A program made the translations under genes and the position numbers. The notes below the pieces were generated by a model, which saw only the letters and a program-made list of their open reading frames with translations, had not been told where the DNA came from and searched no databases. A DNA stretch of 64,000 nucleotides, taken from NCBI GenBank assembly GCA_964638325.1, contig CAZWYT010000004.1, positions 29,308 to 93,307 of the forward strand, written 5' to 3'. The stretch is from an uncultured Planctomycetales bacterium. GTDB lineage: Bacteria > Planctomycetota > Phycisphaerae > UBA1845 > Fen-1342. Below, piece after piece: positions 56,295 to 64,000 of this stretch. Positions within the stretch are counted from its first letter, which is position 1; each line of letters begins with the position of its first letter.

Positions 56295-58478
56295 TCATCC
56301 GCCCGTCAGCAGCGCGACGAAGGGGTTGATGTCGCCGAAATTCACGCCGCCGTCGGCGTTGATGTCGGCGTTTAGGATGTCGCAATCCGGGAACGTGCTC
56401 GCGTATGCGGTCGGGTCGGCCAGCGCCAGCACAAACGGGTTGATGTCGCCGAAGTCGACCGCGCCGTCGCAGTTCAGGTCGCCGGGGAGCGCGACGATTT
56501 CGACGTGCGTCACGCGCAGCGCAGAATAGTCCCCCAGGCCGTGCTCGGGGTTCGCCCCGCGTACGCAGTAATAGTAGTCGCCCGCGATTCGTCCCGTGAT
56601 ATCGAACGAGGTCTCCGTGATGTCGCTGCCCAGCGTGACGATGTTCGCCCACGAGGCGACCGGGTGGATGTCATCCACGTAGAACCCCTGACCCACCGTG
56701 CTCGCGTCGCTCGTGTACCGGAACCGCAGGTAAATCGACTGGCCCGTGTACGGCGCCAGCGAGTGCGTCCTCTGCACCCAGGTGCCGCTCTGGCCCGTAA
56801 ACGCAGCGAGCAGGTCGTACTCGCGGCCGTCCGTGGACACCTCCACGAACGCCATGTCCCGCCGAAGCTGCAAGTCGTACCACACCCAGAAGCTGAGCGA
56901 GTCGCCCGCCACGACCGGCAGCGGAGCCGCGGTGGTCATGGCCGCGATCTGTCCATTGCCCGTCGGCGATGCGAAGCTGTGCGTGCCCGAGTGATAGCGG
57001 GCCGTCGTGATGGTCATGCCCTGCATGACCCACGCAGCGCTGCCCGATTCGGCCCCATCGGTCGACGCCGTCAACCCCGTCAGCTCCTGGAGCGCATAGT
57101 GGTCCGCCCCGGCGTCCGGATTCTGCTGCTGCCAGGAGACCGTGTAGTTGCCGTCAGCGTCGACCGCCGGCGTGGTCAGGAGCGGCGGCAAAACGTAGGG
57201 CGTCGTCTGACTGAGCACATTCGGCGCCTGCTGCAAGACGTACAGGGCGCCGAGCCAGTTCGCGTCCAGAATAGGCTGCAACTGGGACTCGGTCGGATGA
57301 AAGCTGTTCCCCATCTCGATCGTATAGGGCAGGGTGTTTTGCCCAAACTCATAGTAGCCGTACCCGTACACCCAGTCGATTGTCTCGCCGACGGTCGCAT
57401 AGTCGAGCGCCGACTGCATGGGCGTGTAGGTGCCGGTCCCGCCGTGCGTGATCTCTGTGGCCAGGCTCTGGCCGACGGAAACCAGTAGGGCATTGTCCGG
57501 CGTGGTTGCGGCGCTGTAGCCCCACGGCCAGAGCACGAGTCGGCCGTACGTGTGGTACGTGAGCGCGATCGCGACCCTGTTGACCTCAAAGAGGCCCTGG
57601 ATCGCCTGCGTCTCCAGCTCGGAAAACGGCGCCAGACCGCAGTAGGCTTCCTGCGCGGGATCATGCGTAGTCAAGCCGGCCCCAACTGAGCCCCAGGCCC
57701 CGCCCTTGTCGCCGTTGACCGAGCCGTCGTAATTGCGGTTCAAGTCAACGCCGACCGTGCCGAACTGGGGGAAGACGTGCCGGTTCTTGCGCCAGTCGTG
57801 CCCCTGATCATGGCAGTAAACATAGCCGTCCGGATTCATGCACGGGATGACCCAGATGCGGCGGTTATCGACCAGGTCGGCAATCGACGGGTCCGAGCCG
57901 TAGTTCGAAGTCAGCCGCGTGGCGATTTCCAGCCCCATCTCGACGCTGGGCCACTCGCGGGCGTGGTGCAACCCTAGGAACGCGACGCTGGGCTCACCCT
58001 CGTCCACCCCGGGGTTATCCGAGATCTCCAGGCACCAGATGTTGCGGCCCTCGTACGACTGGCCAAGCGAGGTGAGCTGCGTCATCGCCGGATAGCTCGC
58101 CGCCATCGTGCCGAGGATGCTCTCGACCTGCGGAAACGTGTGGTAGACGGCCCGCACTTCGCTGGCAGCCTGCTCCACGTCCTCGAGCACGACCTCAAAC
58201 GGGATGCCCGCCGCCACCAACTGCCGCCGCTCGTGGCCGGTCACCACCAGGTCGAGCGAGCGACCGGCGTCGACCGTGCCGGCCACGTCCCAGCTCGGCA
58301 GCGTCTGCTGGAGTCTGGTGCGTATGTCGGCATCGCTGACCCGCACGCGGACCAGACTCTTGGCCCCCTCCGCTACAGCCCTGTCAACGCCGTCGTCGAC
58401 AAACGACCCCGTCGTCGCCGCACTGGCAAGCCAGCCGCCAGCGGCGACTACGAAAACGAGACACAGTCGTGCGATCAT
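56295..58478 (-). CDS. secreted M14-family zinc carboxypeptidase with C-terminal tandem dockerin-like repeat
   Basis: Signal peptide MIARLCLVFVVAAGGWLASAA. Zn ligand motif LGLHHAREWPS (HxxE), NPDGYVY, RNYD. C-terminus PGDLNCDGAVDFGDINPFVLALADPTAYASTFPDCDILNADINADGGVNFGDINPFVALLTGG*. Confidence 0.75.
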   Translation of the reverse strand: MIARLCLVFVVAAGGWLASAATTGSFVDDGVDRAVAEGAKSLVRVRVSDADIRTRLQQTLPSWDVAGTVDAGRSLDLVVTGHERRQLVAAGIPFEVVLEDVEQAASEVRAVYHTFPQVESILGTMAASYPAMTQLTSLGQSYEGRNIWCLEISDNPGVDEGEPSVAFLGLHHAREWPSVEMGLEIATRLTSNYGSDPSIADLVDNRRIWVIPCMNPDGYVYCHDQGHDWRKNRHVFPQFGTVGVDLNRNYDGSVNGDKGGAWGSVGAGLTTHDPAQEAYCGLAPFSELETQAIQGLFEVNRVAIALTYHTYGRLVLWPWGYSAATTPDNALLVSVGQSLATEITHGGTGTYTPMQSALDYATVGETIDWVYGYGYYEFGQNTLPYTIEMGNSFHPTESQLQPILDANWLGALYVLQQAPNVLSQTTPYVLPPLLTTPAVDADGNYTVSWQQQNPDAGADHYALQELTGLTASTDGAESGSAAWVMQGMTITTARYHSGTHSFASPTGNGQIAAMTTAAPLPVVAGDSLSFWVWYDLQLRRDMAFVEVSTDGREYDLLAAFTGQSGTWVQRTHSLAPYTGQSIYLRFRYTSDASTVGQGFYVDDIHPVASWANIVTLGSDITETSFDITGRIAGDYYYCVRGANPEHGLGDYSALRVTHVEIVALPGDLNCDGAVDFGDINPFVLALADPTAYASTFPDCDILNADINADGGVNFGDINPFVALLTGG

Positions 58479-58829
58479 TGCTTCCCTCCTCCCGCTAGGG
58501 ACACGGATAAGAACAAAACCGCCTCGCGGATAGCCACCTCGCTCGTGCGCTGTAAGTCGAGATTTCCCATTTACCGAGCCTCTCACAACCACTTTACGCA
58601 AAACGGTCGCTCGACTGCAAGCGAGTGTCGGCGGTCCGGCCTGGAAGCCTTGGTTCTCAGCGGCTGAGCCCGTGAATCTCACTTGGTCGGCGCCTGGAAA
58701 CGAGGGTTCCGCCGCCTCGCCTCTCGGCGCCAGCTACACCGCACACATCGTGGCCCGTGGCGAGGAACGCAGCGCCCGGGAGCGTGTCCCCGGCTATCGC
58801 GCGGGGCCTGTCAGCGGCGGTGGGCCGTG

Positions 58830-59240
58830 TGGCTGACGCACCTTCGGCACTACCCCGCGCACGAGGTTGCTACGCGGCTCGGGGTTTCCACTGCGGCCGT
58901 GTGGCGTTGGCTGAGCCAGTACAATCGCCAAGGTCCCACGGGACTGGCCCGAAAAGGGCGTGGGGGACGGCGCTGGGCCTTCCTGACATGGGATCAGGAG
59001 CGGGAGCTCGTGACCGGGCTGCAGAAGGAGGCCGGGCGAGGCCGGTGCTCACGGCGAAACAGGTTCACGGCCGCGTCCGCCAGGCGGTCGGGAGGAAGGT
59101 CTCGCTGGATTACGTCTACCAGCTCCTGCACCGCCATGGTTGGCGCAAGCTGGGTCCCCGGCCGTGGCACGTGCAAGCCGACCCGCAGGCCCAAGCCGAG
59201 TTCGAAAAAAACTCCGGGAACTCGTGGCGGAAGCGTTGAA
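58830..59240 (+). mobile_element. IS630/Tc1-mariner-family transposase remnant (N-terminal HTH region only, frameshifted, no DDE domain)
   Basis: Two frames encode consecutive HTH pieces: EVATRLGVSTAAVWRWLSQYNRQGPTGLARKGRGGRRWAFLTWDQERELV (frame 58683) and LTAKQVHGRVRQAVGRKVSLDYVYQLLHRHGWRKL (frame 58757). No catalytic domain follows before the next gene at 59339. Confidence 0.45.
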
Positions 59241-59338
59241 AGACGTGCCCCGCGATCGGCCGCGCCGCTGGCGGTTTCAGGACGAAGGCGCTTCGGCCGG
59301 ATCAACGATACGCGGCGCTGCCCCTCAAGCTCGTGGAC

Positions 59339-62300
59339 CTACGGACCTTCGTTGGGCGGGCTGCGAAACCGCGCGATCTGCTCCGCGTAGCGGCGTACGT
59401 CTGCTTCCAAGGTTGCGTTTGTGGCCAGGGCTGTCAGCACACGCCCAGCCGTCGCCGGCTCGGTGAACAATTGGTCAAGCAACTGCTCGGCGGCAACGCG
59501 GGCGCGGCGCTGCGCGAGGACGGCCGCGTCCGGCCCGGTCGTTTCCCACAGGCGGATGCACTTCTCGCCGGTGGCGAGCCATTGACCGTCCCGGCTGAAA
59601 GCGACGCAGAAGGGGTAGTCTTGGTGCGCACGGAGCACCAGCACGGTTTCGGTGCTGGCTGCATCCCACAGTCGCAGCGTGTGGTCGTAGGAAACCGAGG
59701 CGAGCCGCGTGCCGTCCGGGCTGAACGTCACGTTGGCCACGACGTCGGTGTGCCCCCGAAGCGTCGCGATTTCACGCTCCTGCCCCACGTCCCACAACTT
59801 CAGCGTGCCGTCGCGCGAGGCCGACACCAGTTGCTGTCCGTCCGGCCGATAGGCTACGCTCAGCACTTCTCCGGCATGCGCCGCGCGCGCGGTCGTGGGC
59901 TCGCCCGTCCGCACATTCCAGAACTCTACGCTCCCGGTGGTTGCCCCGGAGGCGAGTTGCTCGCCGTCGGGGCGAAATGCCAATGCCGTTAGGGCTTGGC
60001 GGGCGCTGCTCAGGGTGCGCACTTCCGATCGCGTCCCCAGATCCCACAGCTTGATCGTGCCGTCTTCTGATGCCGTGGCCAGGGTGCGGCCATCTGGGGA
60101 GAAAGCGGCGGCGGTGATGCCCCGTTCGTGCGCGACAAACGACCCGCGTGCCTCGCCGGTTTCCGCCCCCCAGAGTCGAACCGTCCGATCGTGCGAAGCG
60201 GAGGCGATCAACGCGCCATCCGGGCCATAAGCCACGGCGGAGACGGCGGACTTGTGACCGTGAAGCGCAAGCAACCCGGCGCCGGAGGACACGTCCCAGA
60301 CGCGTACCACGGCGTCCTCGCCGCCGCTGACGAGGCGTTTGGCGTCGGGCGAGATGGCGAGCGTCCAGATCCCGCGGCTATCGTGACCACGCAGCCGCGT
60401 GAAATCCCGACGAAGCCGGGGGTCCCACAGCCGCACGGTTTGGTCGTCGGAGCCGGTCACGAGACGTGTCCCGTCGGGCGAGAACGCAGGCGCCCAGACG
60501 ATCCCCTCATGCCCCACGAACACAGCCAGTTCGATGGCGGCGCGAACATCCCATAGGCGGAGGGTGCCATCCTCGGAGGTGGACGCCAGCACGGTCCCGT
60601 CCGGGCCGTACGCCAAGCCGCGCACTCGGGCGGTGTGACCCGCCAGACTCTCCCGCAGTTCCGCAGATCGGGCATCCCAGAGCCGGACGACGCCATCGTG
60701 CGAACCGGTCGCCAGCGTGCTTCCATCGGGCGCGAATACGACCGGCCAGGAATGCACGAAGTCCCAGTCGCGCGTGTTCGGGGCCACGGCGATCTCGAGC
60801 TGTTGCTCGCCGCCCGGCAGCGCCCAGACCCGCACGCGGTTGTCGCGGCAACTCGTCGCCAGGCGCCGGCCATCCGGACTGAACGCGGCGGAGTAGACCC
60901 AATTCGGGTGTTTCAGCGACACCAACTGTTGTCCTGTGTTCGCGCTCCACAGCGCGGCGTGGCTATCAACCGAAGCAGTTGCCAGCGACGCGCCATCGGG
61001 GCTGAAGTGCACGTCGTTCACGGGTGCGCGATGGGCCTTTAGCGTTTGCAGCAGTCCGCCGCGCTGTGCGTCCCAGATGAATACGAGCCCGTTCGTCGCG
61101 CCCGCCGCCAGCAGTCTGCCATCCGCGCTTCGGGCGAGGCTTCCGAATTCGGCACCGTCGGCGCGCAGCGTCTCCCGGCAAGTGCCGTCGGCGACGTCCC
61201 AGTAGCGGATCGTTCCGTCATGCGACGCCGAGAACACTGTCGCACCGTCGGCGCTGAACGCCACGCCCCAAACGCGGCCCGTGTGCCCGTGGAAGGTCAT
61301 CAAACTCGCATCGAGCTCGGCGACGAGATACCGCCATTCCCAGTTGCGCAGATGAACCGGCGCCAGCTCGAGCTGTTGCCGCGCCGTGCGGACATCCTTG
61401 GCCTCCAGAGCGGACTGGGCGGCGGCAATGTTGGCCACATAGGCGCGGAACTCGGCCACGGCCCCGCGCTGCTCAGCCAGAGCTTCGGCCTGAAACGCGC
61501 GGTTTCGATCGGCCTCGGCGGCACGGCGCTGGGCCGTTGCCTGGACGTAGCCGCGCCACGTGCCAATCAATCCCAGTGTCAGCGCTGCAAAGGCCGTCAG
61601 TACACCGGCGACGAGCGGCCGGTTGCGGCGCGCGAACTTGCGCAACTGGTAGAACGTCGTCGCCGGCCGGGCCAGGATCGGCTGATCCGCCAGATACCGC
61701 CGGATATCCTCGGCGAGCCCCGACGCGGACTGATAGCGCCGGTTCTTGTCCTTCTCCAGCGCCTTGGCAACGATCGTGGCCAGATCGCCACGGAAGACAC
61801 GGTTAATGGTGCCCAGCGACGGCGGCTCTTCTTCCGTGATCGTGCGGGCGGCCTGTGGAATCGTCTTGGTCGACACGTCAAACGGAACGCGGCCCGCGAG
61901 CAGCTCGTAGCCAATGACGCCCAGCGCGTACACATCCGACCGTGTGTCGAGCTGTCGCGGATCGCCCGAGATTTGCTCGGGGCTCATGTACGCGAGCGTC
62001 CCGATGAGCTGTCCGGGCAGGGTCTCGGGCACCGTCGCGCGCAGGTCGGCGTCGGTGGCCCGGGCCACGCCGAAGTCGAGAATCTTGGGTTGCCCGCTGG
62101 CGTCGACGAGGATGTTGGCCGGCTTGAGATCCCGGTGAATGACCCCCTTCTGGTGGGCGTGCTGGACGGCGTCGCAGACGTTGGCGAGCAGCTCCAGTCG
62201 CTGGCGAATATCAAGGTGCCTGGCCTCGACGTATTCCGTGAGCGGCCGGCCGAGGATGAGCTCCATCGCAAAGAACGGCTGTGGGCCGAATCCGGCCTCC

Positions 62301-62821
62301 GCGGTCCCAGCCTCGAAGACCTGCGCGATGCCGGGGTGTTGGAGCAAGCCCAGCACCTGTCCCTCGTGCGCGAAACGCCGCAGCAGGTCGCGCGATTGGA
62401 GGCCGGGGCGGATGACTTTGAGCGCGACGGTCCGACGGGGGTTTTCCTGCTCCGCGCGGTAGACGACGCCCATGCCGCCCTGGCCGATGACTTCGAGAAC
62501 GCGATACTGGCCAATTCGCGGCGGGTGCGGCACAGGTTGGGCCGCGTCCGCGGCGCTGGCCTGCGAATGTTGACTCGGCGCGCCCCCTTCGACACGCGCC
62601 GCGAGGGATTCGGGCCTGTGCACCGCGAACGACTCGCCCAGCGCGGGCGTTTGCAGGAACGTATCGGCCAACGCGTCATTGGCGAGCAAGGATTCGACTT
62701 CCGCCCGCAGGCCGTCGTCGCCCCCGCATGTGCGTCCCAGGAACTCACCCCTTCGCTCCGGCGGCGTTTCTCGGGCCGCCAGGAAAACCTCGCGCACGCG
62801 CTCGTATTGCTCAGGCGTCAT
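59339..62821 (-). CDS. Ser/Thr protein kinase with TM segment, coiled-coil linker and C-terminal WD40 beta-propeller (~14 repeats)
   Basis: GQGGMGVVYRA, VALK, HRDLKPANILV, DFGVARA, AYMSPEQ. TM (LVAGVLTAFAALTLGLIGTW). Repeated GH..V..VAFSPDG..LAS.S.D.T.RLWD units. ATG 62821 overlaps sigma-factor stop (ATGA). Confidence 0.8.
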   Translation of the reverse strand: MTPEQYERVREVFLAARETPPERRGEFLGRTCGGDDGLRAEVESLLANDALADTFLQTPALGESFAVHRPESLAARVEGGAPSQHSQASAADAAQPVPHPPRIGQYRVLEVIGQGGMGVVYRAEQENPRRTVALKVIRPGLQSRDLLRRFAHEGQVLGLLQHPGIAQVFEAGTAEAGFGPQPFFAMELILGRPLTEYVEARHLDIRQRLELLANVCDAVQHAHQKGVIHRDLKPANILVDASGQPKILDFGVARATDADLRATVPETLPGQLIGTLAYMSPEQISGDPRQLDTRSDVYALGVIGYELLAGRVPFDVSTKTIPQAARTITEEEPPSLGTINRVFRGDLATIVAKALEKDKNRRYQSASGLAEDIRRYLADQPILARPATTFYQLRKFARRNRPLVAGVLTAFAALTLGLIGTWRGYVQATAQRRAAEADRNRAFQAEALAEQRGAVAEFRAYVANIAAAQSALEAKDVRTARQQLELAPVHLRNWEWRYLVAELDASLMTFHGHTGRVWGVAFSADGATVFSASHDGTIRYWDVADGTCRETLRADGAEFGSLARSADGRLLAAGATNGLVFIWDAQRGGLLQTLKAHRAPVNDVHFSPDGASLATASVDSHAALWSANTGQQLVSLKHPNWVYSAAFSPDGRRLATSCRDNRVRVWALPGGEQQLEIAVAPNTRDWDFVHSWPVVFAPDGSTLATGSHDGVVRLWDARSAELRESLAGHTARVRGLAYGPDGTVLASTSEDGTLRLWDVRAAIELAVFVGHEGIVWAPAFSPDGTRLVTGSDDQTVRLWDPRLRRDFTRLRGHDSRGIWTLAISPDAKRLVSGGEDAVVRVWDVSSGAGLLALHGHKSAVSAVAYGPDGALIASASHDRTVRLWGAETGEARGSFVAHERGITAAAFSPDGRTLATASEDGTIKLWDLGTRSEVRTLSSARQALTALAFRPDGEQLASGATTGSVEFWNVRTGEPTTARAAHAGEVLSVAYRPDGQQLVSASRDGTLKLWDVGQEREIATLRGHTDVVANVTFSPDGTRLASVSYDHTLRLWDAASTETVLVLRAHQDYPFCVAFSRDGQWLATGEKCIRLWETTGPDAAVLAQRRARVAAEQLLDQLFTEPATAGRVLTALATNATLEADVRRYAEQIARFRSPPNEGP

Positions 62822-63390
62822 GGGCCAGCATCTTCCCGCAACTCGCGGCGGAGCCACGCGCGGGCCATGCTCCAGTCCCCGTCCACAGTGCGCGGCGAGA
62901 CCTTGAGAAACTCGGCGACCTCCTTGAGGCCGAGGCCGCCGAAGAAGCGCAGCTCGACAATCTGGGCCTGGCGCGGGTGGAGTTGGGCGAGCTTCTCCAG
63001 AGCCTCATCGACGGCCAGCAGGTCCAGGTCACGTTCCTGGGGAGCAACGATGTCCTCATCCAGCCGCACCCGCTCCCGGTCGCCGCCGCGCTTGGCTCTT
63101 TGGTGACCGCGGGCGTGATCCACCAGGATTCGCCGGATGGCCTGGGCGGCCACCGCAAAGAAATGGGCCCGGTTCTGCCACTCGACTTCCTCTTGCTTGA
63201 TGAGCCGCACATAGGCTTCGTGCACGAGCGCGGTAGCTTGGAGGGTCAGATCGGGCCGTTCACGCTGGAGGTAGCTCTCGGCCAGCGCGCGCAATTCGTC
63301 GTAAACCAAGGGCAACAGCCGGTTTACGGCCGATTCGTCGCCCGCGCTGGCACGTTTCAGGATGCTGGTTACATCCGTACGCTTCGACAT
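62818..63390 (-). CDS. ECF-type RNA polymerase sigma factor (kinase-associated subgroup), translationally coupled to downstream kinase
   Basis: LKRASAGDESAVNRLLPLVYDELRALAESYL, LVHEAYVRL, HTH QIVELRFFGGLGLKEVAEFLKVSPRTVDGDW. Start at ATG 63390. Confidence 0.75.
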   Translation of the reverse strand: MSKRTDVTSILKRASAGDESAVNRLLPLVYDELRALAESYLQRERPDLTLQATALVHEAYVRLIKQEEVEWQNRAHFFAVAAQAIRRILVDHARGHQRAKRGGDRERVRLDEDIVAPQERDLDLLAVDEALEKLAQLHPRQAQIVELRFFGGLGLKEVAEFLKVSPRTVDGDWSMARAWLRRELREDAGP

Positions 63391-63537
63391 CTCGCGACCC
63401 GAAAAACGCGGAATTCCGTTGCGATCTTCCGCTCTTATTGTCGCGTCTCTGGGTAGATGGAACAAGGCAAATCCGAGTCACAAGGCGCGCGCTGCGCGGA
63501 GGAGCGCACCGCGGGCCGGTTTATCGGGAGTACAGCC

Positions 63538-64000
63538 ATGAAGCGCGCATCTTGGGTCCTCTATGGCACGGTCATCATCGCCCTGCTTGCGGCAGGCACA
63601 ACGCTCGCTCAGACGCCGGCGGGTACGGCGTTCACGTACCAGGGCCAGCTCAAGGAAAACGGCGTACCGGTCAACACAACGACCGGTTCGATCCGTGTTG
63701 CCCTGTACGACGCTGAAACGAGCGGCAACCAGATCGGCGAAAGCGTCGGGCTGGAGAACGTCACGATCAACAACGGTCTGTTCACGATCCCCCTGGACTT
63801 CGGCACCGGGGCCTTCGGCGGCGAAGCCCGCTGGCTTCAGATCGCCGTGTGGAAATCGGGCACCGGCTGGGTCACGCTCACGCCGCGGCAGAAGGTCACG
63901 CCGGCGCCGCAGGCGCAATTCGCTCAGAACTCAGCCGACCTCGCGTGGCCCGTTGTGGCATCGTACGACGGTGGGCCCGAGGTAAGCAACATGCTCGCGC
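63538..64000 (+). CDS. hypothetical secreted protein, 3' partial
   Basis: ATG 63538 gives MKRASWVLYGTVIIALLAAGTTLAQT signal peptide. Open to end of window. Not in the ORF table because no stop is reached. Confidence 0.4.
   Translation, partial: MKRASWVLYGTVIIALLAAGTTLAQTPAGTAFTYQGQLKENGVPVNTTTGSIRVALYDAETSGNQIGESVGLENVTINNGLFTIPLDFGTGAFGGEARWLQIAVWKSGTGWVTLTPRQKVTPAPQAQFAQNSADLAWPVVASYDGGPEVSNMLA

Noticed and set aside
4767-58478. Interpretation of the recurring C-terminal ...ALLSGGG tail as a GlyGly-CTERM/rhombosortase or PEP-CTERM/exosortase or T9SS sorting signal
   Set aside because: Those signals require a hydrophobic TM helix and basic tail after the motif (or a ~80-aa beta-sandwich for T9SS). 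Here the proteins terminate right at the Gly residues with no TM segment, so a dockerin/EF-hand-like Ca-binding module is the better reading.
61046-63106. 686-aa ORF on + strand
   Set aside because: Antisense to kinase 2 and sigma factor 2, which have clear catalytic and HTH motifs.
1-64000. CRISPR arrays, rRNA genes, integrase genes
   Set aside because: No short regularly spaced direct repeats, no rRNA-like conserved stretches, and no tyrosine/serine recombinase motifs were seen near the tRNA or elsewhere in the window.

Overview
High-GC (~68%) bacterial chromosomal window, most consistent with a Planctomycetota-like genome. Supporting signs are HAF repeats, ECF sigma/Ser-Thr kinase pairs, and many secreted enzymes carrying a dockerin-like tandem Ca-binding repeat at the extreme C-terminus. 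Gene density is high on both strands. Most large 'ORFs' lying antisense to real genes are Arg/Ala/Gly-rich artefacts of GC-rich DNA and were rejected. Main content, 5' to 3': a TPR protein (5' partial), amidohydrolase and DUF72 genes, and an M1 aminopeptidase and a secreted alpha/beta-hydrolase that carry the recurring C-terminal or N-terminal modules. Next come GlgX and a MacAB-like efflux locus (adaptor, two FtsX permeases, ATPase), followed by YceI and TolC. The most interesting locus is a small srs-like type III PKS cluster: an FAD oxidoreductase, a type III PKS and two FtsX permeases translationally coupled by overlapping stop/start codons, with a divergent SAM-methyltransferase and a convergent PhnD-like binding protein. 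After that lie an NfeD-flotillin operon and housekeeping genes (purB, a Cys/Met PLP enzyme, amidohydrolase), then tRNA-Pro(TGG). Directly downstream of the tRNA is a small island holding a WD40 fragment and two orphan Rhs C-terminal toxin tips with candidate immunity genes, bounded by direct repeats. Beyond an EF-G gene with a long leader there are four more secreted proteins (a Cys-rich protein with the N-terminal module, a hypothetical secreted protein, and DUF362-like and HAF-repeat proteins carrying the C-terminal module), then an M14 carboxypeptidase also carrying the C-terminal module. The window ends with two ECF-sigma/Ser-Thr-kinase modules, one with an FG-GAP and one with a WD40 sensor domain, flanking an IS630 transposase remnant. 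All calls come from reading translated ORFs for motifs. No database search was possible.
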